Shown here: positions 58,967 through 64,000 of the stretch, piece after piece
How the letters are laid out: each line of letters begins with the position of its first letter
How positions within the stretch are numbered: the first letter of the stretch is position 1
NCBI GenBank assembly: GCA_041661545.1
Contig: JBAZUH010000001.1
Location: forward strand, 467,877-531,876
DNA from: Candidatus Staskawiczbacteria bacterium
GTDB taxonomy: Bacteria; Patescibacteriota; Minisyncoccia; Minisyncoccales; Staskawiczbacteraceae
Reading direction: 5' to 3'
DNA length: 64,000 nt
Program-made: the position numbers and the translations under genes
Notes under the pieces: model-generated
The model's input: the letters and a program-made list of their open reading frames with translations, nothing else
What the model was told of the DNA's origin: nothing
Databases searched by the model: none

Positions 58967-59023
58967 ATGGGCGAGGCTCGCTCAAATTATATAATTTGAG
59001 CGGCGACTCCCCTTACCTGCTCA
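58709..59023 (+). mobile_element. 315-bp GIY-YIG insertion bounded by a 20-nt direct repeat of the tRNA-Gly(UCC) 3' end
   Basis: CGACTCCCCTTACCTGCTCA occurs at 58689..58708 and 59004..59023. The interior holds perfect palindromes GCCCATTTAAATGGGC (58957..58972) and GCTCAAATTATATAATTTGAGC (58980..59001). Confidence 0.7.
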
Positions 59024-59061
59024 CTTAAAAACAACACCGCAAAAGGCGGTTTTTGATTATT

Positions 59062-60078
59062 ATGATTCCAAATAAAAAAACAAAAGTTATCGCAACAATT
59101 GGGCCATCATCAGAACAAGAAAAAATATTAGAAAAATTAATTTCTCTTGGTATTGATTGCGCAAGATTAAATTTTTCTCATGGAAGCCATCAAGAACAAG
59201 GCAATAGAATAAAACTTATAAGAAAACTTGAAAAAAAATTTAAAAGAAGCGTTGCTATAATTGCCGACATTCAAGGGCCCAAAATAAGAATAGGAAATTT
59301 ACCAGAATGCGGAATAGAACTAAAAAATGGCCAAGAAATAACCATTGATACTGGCACTAGAGAGTATTATAGCAACAGAATCCCCCTCCCATCATTAATG
59401 TTTCGTGATGGAACAAAAGAAGGTCATCTTATTTTATTAGATGACGGAAACTTACAAATTAAAATAACTAGCAAATATGGAGGGCTCTTCAAAGCTATTG
59501 TAACCAGGGGTGGTACTTTATTTTCTAAAAAAGGGGTCAATGTTCCCGATTTAGACAACAATTCTTCCATTCTAAACGCCAAAGATAAAGCCGACATACA
59601 ATTTGCAGTAAAATCTAAAGCAGATTATATAGCTCTTTCTTTTATAAGAACTGCAAAAGATCTTAAAGGAGTAAAAAAGTTTTTAGGAAAATCAAAAATA
59701 AAAATAATTGCTAAAATAGAAAGACCAGAAGCACTTTACAACCTAGAAGAAATTATAAACGAGGCTGATATGGTAATGATTGCCCGAGGAGACCTAGGTA
59801 TTGAAACCCCACTTTGGGAACTTCCCGTAAGACAAAAAGAAATAATAGAACTCGTAAAAAAAGGAAAAAAACAGGTAATTGTGGCCACGCAAATGCTTGA
59901 TTCTATGATAAGAAATCCCATTCCCACAAGAGCTGAAGTTTCCGATGTAGCAAATGCTGTTTTTGAAGAAGCTGATTATGTTATGCTCTCGGGAGAAACG
60001 GCCTCTGGCAAATATCCACTTGAAGCAGTGGCAATGATGAAAAAAATCATAGACTCAGCCCAAAAATACCATTTCTAA
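59062..60078 (+). CDS. pyk: Pyruvate kinase, truncated form lacking the C-terminal regulatory domain
   Basis: KTKVIATIGPSS, ARLNFSHGS, MIARGDLGIE and MLSGETASGKYP. It is 338 aa from the ATG at 59062 (the track ORF starts at a TTG at 59053). Confidence 0.85.
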   Translation: MIPNKKTKVIATIGPSSEQEKILEKLISLGIDCARLNFSHGSHQEQGNRIKLIRKLEKKFKRSVAIIADIQGPKIRIGNLPECGIELKNGQEITIDTGTREYYSNRIPLPSLMFRDGTKEGHLILLDDGNLQIKITSKYGGLFKAIVTRGGTLFSKKGVNVPDLDNNSSILNAKDKADIQFAVKSKADYIALSFIRTAKDLKGVKKFLGKSKIKIIAKIERPEALYNLEEIINEADMVMIARGDLGIETPLWELPVRQKEIIELVKKGKKQVIVATQMLDSMIRNPIPTRAEVSDVANAVFEEADYVMLSGETASGKYPLEAVAMMKKIIDSAQKYHF

Positions 60079-60175
60079 ATCCTATCTATTTGTGTATTAT
60101 TATCTATCTCATTTTTTATCTTGATTAAGATAAGTTTTTGGATTAATATAAAATATACTAATTAATTAAAAACTT

Positions 60176-60709
60176 ATGAATAAATATTTAGATTTATATG
60201 ACTTTATAGACTTTGCCAAGGGCAACAGAAAATACCCCGAAAATACGGCCAATGGCTTAAAGTCTGCATTAAAAATATTTGAAAAGGAGCTCAATATAGA
60301 TGAGCTTGGCTCTGTAGATTTAGTTGAAGATAATATAGAAGAAATTTTTGTAAGCGTAGTAGGCAAAAATAAAGATAAAAGTATTGGATCTTTAAACACT
60401 TATAAAGCCCGCATATTAAAAGTAATAAAAGACTATCAAAGATATGGCACTAATCCAAGCAAAATACAGGGTTGGAACACAAAAATAAACAAGCCCGCCG
60501 AGCCAAAATTACCAAAGATAGATAATCAAGATAAAAATACAGATAAATCCCAGATAGCTCTATCTGACCATATTAACACCCCTGTGCATAAGATTGAGCT
60601 ATCCCTACGCGATAATGTAAAATCTGTAATAATAGTGCCAAAAGATATAACAGCCAAAGAAATCAAAATTTTCAAAAACATGCTCGATTCTCTAGTTACC
60701 GATGACTAG
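60176..60709 (+). CDS. Hypothetical protein
   Basis: 177-aa ORF with host-like composition and no recognised motif. Confidence 0.5.
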   Translation: MNKYLDLYDFIDFAKGNRKYPENTANGLKSALKIFEKELNIDELGSVDLVEDNIEEIFVSVVGKNKDKSIGSLNTYKARILKVIKDYQRYGTNPSKIQGWNTKINKPAEPKLPKIDNQDKNTDKSQIALSDHINTPVHKIELSLRDNVKSVIIVPKDITAKEIKIFKNMLDSLVTDD

Positions 60710-60787
60710 CCAAAGTTTTTACACTGCCTGCCCTGAATGCCAGTTGAAGGGAGCTTACCAAGGTGCTAAAATACATAAACATATTAA

Positions 60788-61558
60788 ATGAATATCTATT
60801 CTGCCATCATTCCATTTTTATTAACTTTGCTAGCCGGCTTATCAACCGTTTTGGGCAGTTTTATTTTTCTTAATAATATTTTTCGTGGAAAAAAATTTCT
60901 TGGATTTTTTTTAGGACTCTCTGCTGGAGTAATGGTTTCACTCTCTTTTTTAGAATTACTACCATATGCTATAAAAATTATAGGTTTTACCAACGCTAAT
61001 ATCTTTTTTTTCTTAGGCATTATATTTATGGCTTTAATTGACTTTTTTATTCCTCACCGATATTTAGAAGAAAAAGTATATCAACAGAATAGCACAATTA
61101 ATCGTAAAATGTTATCTACTGGATTGGTTGTTACTATTGGGCTCGCTATTCATAATTTTCCAGAAGGAATGGCCGTTTTTTTAAGCTCATTTTCTGATAT
61201 TAAGCTCGGAGTTCTTTTAGCGTTGGCTATAGCTGTTCACAATATTCCAGAAGGAATTGCTGTGGCCGCTCCAATATTCCATGCAACACACAATAAGATG
61301 AAAGCAATAAAATATGCTTTTATTGCTGGCATGGCCGAACCTCTTGGAGCGATTATTGCATATTTTATACTTGCTCCATATTTATCTCAAAATACTTTAT
61401 CATATATTTTTGCTTTAGTGGCAGGAATTATGGTATATATTAGTTTTGATGAACTTCTGCCAGCATGCTTTAAAGACGAATGCGGAAATGGTCATCGTTC
61501 AGTTTTAGGAGTTATGATTGGAATGGGAATTGTTTCTTTAAGCTTATTATTTTTATAA
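60788..61558 (+). CDS. zupT: ZIP-family zinc transporter ZupT
   Basis: HNFPEGMAVF and HNIPEGIAVA, with 8 TM helices. Confidence 0.9.
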   Translation: MNIYSAIIPFLLTLLAGLSTVLGSFIFLNNIFRGKKFLGFFLGLSAGVMVSLSFLELLPYAIKIIGFTNANIFFFLGIIFMALIDFFIPHRYLEEKVYQQNSTINRKMLSTGLVVTIGLAIHNFPEGMAVFLSSFSDIKLGVLLALAIAVHNIPEGIAVAAPIFHATHNKMKAIKYAFIAGMAEPLGAIIAYFILAPYLSQNTLSYIFALVAGIMVYISFDELLPACFKDECGNGHRSVLGVMIGMGIVSLSLLFL

Positions 61559-61586
61559 TCAAAAATTAATTTAAAAATTTTTTAAT

Positions 61587-61925
61587 ATGGACGTAGAAAA
61601 AACCGCAGAAGAAAGAATTACAAAAACAATCGAACATTTAAAACAACTAAACGCATGGTCAGATGAAGTGCCCAATGAAATTTTAGATGGCTCTATGGGG
61701 CCCCTAGAATTTAAAGTTAGAAAAAATTGGTGGCATGGGCTTTATAACGATCTTGATGTTTTAATAGAAAGCGGGAGATTACCGCAAGACATTGCCAAAG
61801 ACGCTAAAGACTTGATGGTAAAAATTAAAAGCAACGAATTTATGGATAGGCTTACAACAGCAACAGATATCACCGAGGCCAATGCCATTATTGCTAAAAT
61901 ATTAGAGGCAGAAAAAGAAACATAA
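61587..61925 (+). CDS. Hypothetical protein
   Basis: 112-aa ORF followed by a strong terminator. Confidence 0.5.
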   Translation: MDVEKTAEERITKTIEHLKQLNAWSDEVPNEILDGSMGPLEFKVRKNWWHGLYNDLDVLIESGRLPQDIAKDAKDLMVKIKSNEFMDRLTTATDITEANAIIAKILEAEKET

Positions 61926-61938
61926 AACTTCATAAAAT

Positions 61939-61967
61939 AAAAAACCGCCCGAGAGGGCGGTTTTTTT
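61939..61967. terminator. Bidirectional intrinsic terminator
   Basis: aaaaaaCCGCCCgagaGGGCGGttttttt. Confidence 0.85.
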
Positions 61968-62086
61968 GTTTAGCTTGAGCGAGGCAATGAGATTTTTCGA
62001 AGCTTGTTGTGCGAAGCGAATAAGTGCGTAGAAAAATTTTATTGCCGAGCGAAGAAAATAGCAAAACATTGAAAACCAGGAGGTCT

Positions 62087-64000
62087 CTAAGGTGCTATGT
62101 ATCTAATAATAAGTTTAGGATGTTGAGTGGCTGTTGCTGCTTCACCAGAAGCAAATTGTTCACCATCACCAGTAGCCAAATCAGTTGCCTCAAGCAACCA
62201 TCCATAATTAGTATATGTTCCACTAACCCATCCCTGAACAGTTGCAAGGCTCATGTTATTCCTAACAGTAGCAACAATAGTATCAAGAGTAATTCCATTA
62301 CGATTATCTTCAGCAGTAGCAGCCTCAACATCATCATTATCAACTCCAGCAGTCAAAGAGTTATAAGTGCTACTTTCATTCCAATCAACAAGCATTCTAT
62401 GTATCTTCCAACCCTGACCTTCGGTTGATATGTATAAATCTAATTCAACGCCAACTATTGTTGACCCAGCTGGAATACTTGAAATATCAAATTTAAGAAG
62501 ACCCTTGCGCTGATCAGTTTCAACTCCAACAGCTGGGTCTACAACAAATGAAGTTGCTGTGCCATAATCAACAGCTGGATTTGTATCCCAAATATATGTA
62601 TCTAAAGTTCCAGCATATCCTGCTGTTGGGTACACACCATCTTGAAACGTGACAGTAGTTGGCGTTCCTGATAACCTGTTATATTTAAACAAAGGATAAC
62701 GTGTGGCGGTAGAGCCCTCAGTAGAAACATATTCTGATGCTGTATAATAATTCTCACCATTATAATCAAAAGTAACTGCTTCGCCTTGAGGTTCTTGAGA
62801 AGGATGAGATCTTCTAAAAGTTGTAGAACCACCACCAACATATCCGTCAACAGTTGTTGGAGTTGCTTGTAAAGCTTGCATAATTGTTTGCGTATTTTTA
62901 TCGCGAGAGAATAAATACATTACGTTATAACTTTTTACAAGTATTTCTTTGCCACTAGGAGAAATGTTACCTCCCACAGCATTACCAGTTGCAGACACAG
63001 ATGCAAAATCGGGAATATCATACATATCTCCCAAATCAGTCATTGTTTGAGTTCCAGCATAACTTGCAGCATGAGCTAAATAATAGACGCCAGGAACAGC
63101 TTCTCGTTTTGTAATAACATACATATCACCCGTGTCAGGATCAACTAAAAGAGTTTCTGCATCTTTATGCGGGGGCAAACTTCCTGCTGGATATTCCATA
63201 GTAATTGTTTCAATATCTTCAACAGGAACAGTGTCATTGCTACCTGTTACTGCTGGTTCTTTTATCCTATAAATAATTATGGTGCTTCTTGCATTAGCAT
63301 TGTCGCCAAAATCAGCTAAATAAATATATGACTGACTATTTACTCTTGCACTAGATAAATCTTCATAATCAACTCCATTAATACCAGTCAATGTCCATTC
63401 TCCTTGATTAGAAGCATTAACCGTAGAAACAGCAAAAAGCTTATCAACAGAACCATCAGATTGCATCCATAAATAAGAAGAATTGGCAACTAAGGTTGAT
63501 TGGGTGATACCACTAATCTCCTGCCAATCTGCTGTTGAAGTTAAATTTCCTACTGATGCACCATCTGCCCAATAAGGAAGATAATCTGTCGCAGGAAATA
63601 CAGCTGTAATCACTCCAGAGTCAGCAGAATTTGTAGCTGATCCAGTTGTGCCAGCAATTGTAAATTGATTTTCAGTTACACCTGTTAAAGTATATCCCTC
63701 TGTGGCAGTAAGACTAATTGTAGCAGTGTAAACTGTGGCTGGAGCAAAAGTTACAGGGTCTCCATTCCAAGTAACAGTGCCCGTATAGCCTGTGCCAGCA
63801 GTAACAGTTGTTACTGGCGTAGCACCAGTAACAGGAGGCGTGACTCCAGCAATGGCTGTGGCAGAGATAATGGTGGCGGCGGTCGCAGGAAATACAGCTG
63901 TAATCACTCCAGAGTCAGCAGAATTTGTAGCTGATCCAGTTGTGCCAGCAATTGTAAATTGATTTTCAGTTACACCTGTTAAAGTATATCCCTCTGTGGC
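62087..64000 (-). CDS. Large secreted/surface protein (5' end outside the window): 98-aa repeats, a central beta-propeller-like region and a C-terminal DNRLRE-like domain
   Basis: The frame is open to the window edge. The ITAVFPAT...TGYTGTVTWNGDPVTF repeat unit is present at least twice (294-nt period). The C-terminus has DQRKGLLKFDISSIPAGSTIVGVELDLY, as in DNRLRE-type domains. Confidence 0.75.
   Translation of the reverse strand, partial: ATEGYTLTGVTENQFTIAGTTGSATNSADSGVITAVFPATAATIISATAIAGVTPPVTGATPVTTVTAGTGYTGTVTWNGDPVTFAPATVYTATISLTATEGYTLTGVTENQFTIAGTTGSATNSADSGVITAVFPATDYLPYWADGASVGNLTSTADWQEISGITQSTLVANSSYLWMQSDGSVDKLFAVSTVNASNQGEWTLTGINGVDYEDLSSARVNSQSYIYLADFGDNANARSTIIIYRIKEPAVTGSNDTVPVEDIETITMEYPAGSLPPHKDAETLLVDPDTGDMYVITKREAVPGVYYLAHAASYAGTQTMTDLGDMYDIPDFASVSATGNAVGGNISPSGKEILVKSYNVMYLFSRDKNTQTIMQALQATPTTVDGYVGGGSTTFRRSHPSQEPQGEAVTFDYNGENYYTASEYVSTEGSTATRYPLFKYNRLSGTPTTVTFQDGVYPTAGYAGTLDTYIWDTNPAVDYGTATSFVVDPAVGVETDQRKGLLKFDISSIPAGSTIVGVELDLYISTEGQGWKIHRMLVDWNESSTYNSLTAGVDNDDVEAATAEDNRNGITLDTIVATVRNNMSLATVQGWVSGTYTNYGWLLEATDLATGDGEQFASGEAATATQHPKLIIRYIAP

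Overview
This is a 64-kb window from an AT-rich bacterium with a compact genome. Hand counts of sample 60-nt lines give about 32% GC. The gene content and style suggest Candidate Phyla Radiation / Patescibacteria (Parcubacteria-like), which is an inference. Supporting features are short housekeeping genes (recG, tsaD, valS, gyrA, rpsA, ftsH, rluD-like, rplS, rbfA, infB, dus, truB, htrA, a truncated pyk, zupT), pilM/pilN-like and comF genes, five tandem TrbC/VirB2-like small pilin genes, two giant paralogous surface proteins (1589 and 1724 aa) and 19 tRNA genes. The backbone carries unusual extra layers. (1) Several discrete GC-rich or mid-GC gene cassettes (up to about 68% GC in sampled lines) each have their own consensus sigma70-type promoter and strong intrinsic terminator. 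Several of them end in a conserved 52-60 nt bulged hairpin repeat that shows stem covariation and always has the same strand orientation. (2) At least three families of short GC-rich palindromic mini-elements sit in-frame inside essential genes (recG, tsaD, valS, gyrA, dus, truB) and next to tRNAs, much like Rickettsia palindromic elements. (3) Small insertions are bounded by direct repeats of tRNA ends: a GIY-YIG gene at tRNA-Gly(UCC), and two copies of a structured core of about 150 nt at tRNA-Gly(GCC) and tRNA-Leu(UAA). (4) The two giant genes share a 326-nt block of 100% identity. No integrase, transposase, CRISPR array, rRNA or reverse transcriptase is visible. Functions of the GC-rich cassette proteins are mostly unknown. 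All homology calls come from motif recognition by eye, not from searches.
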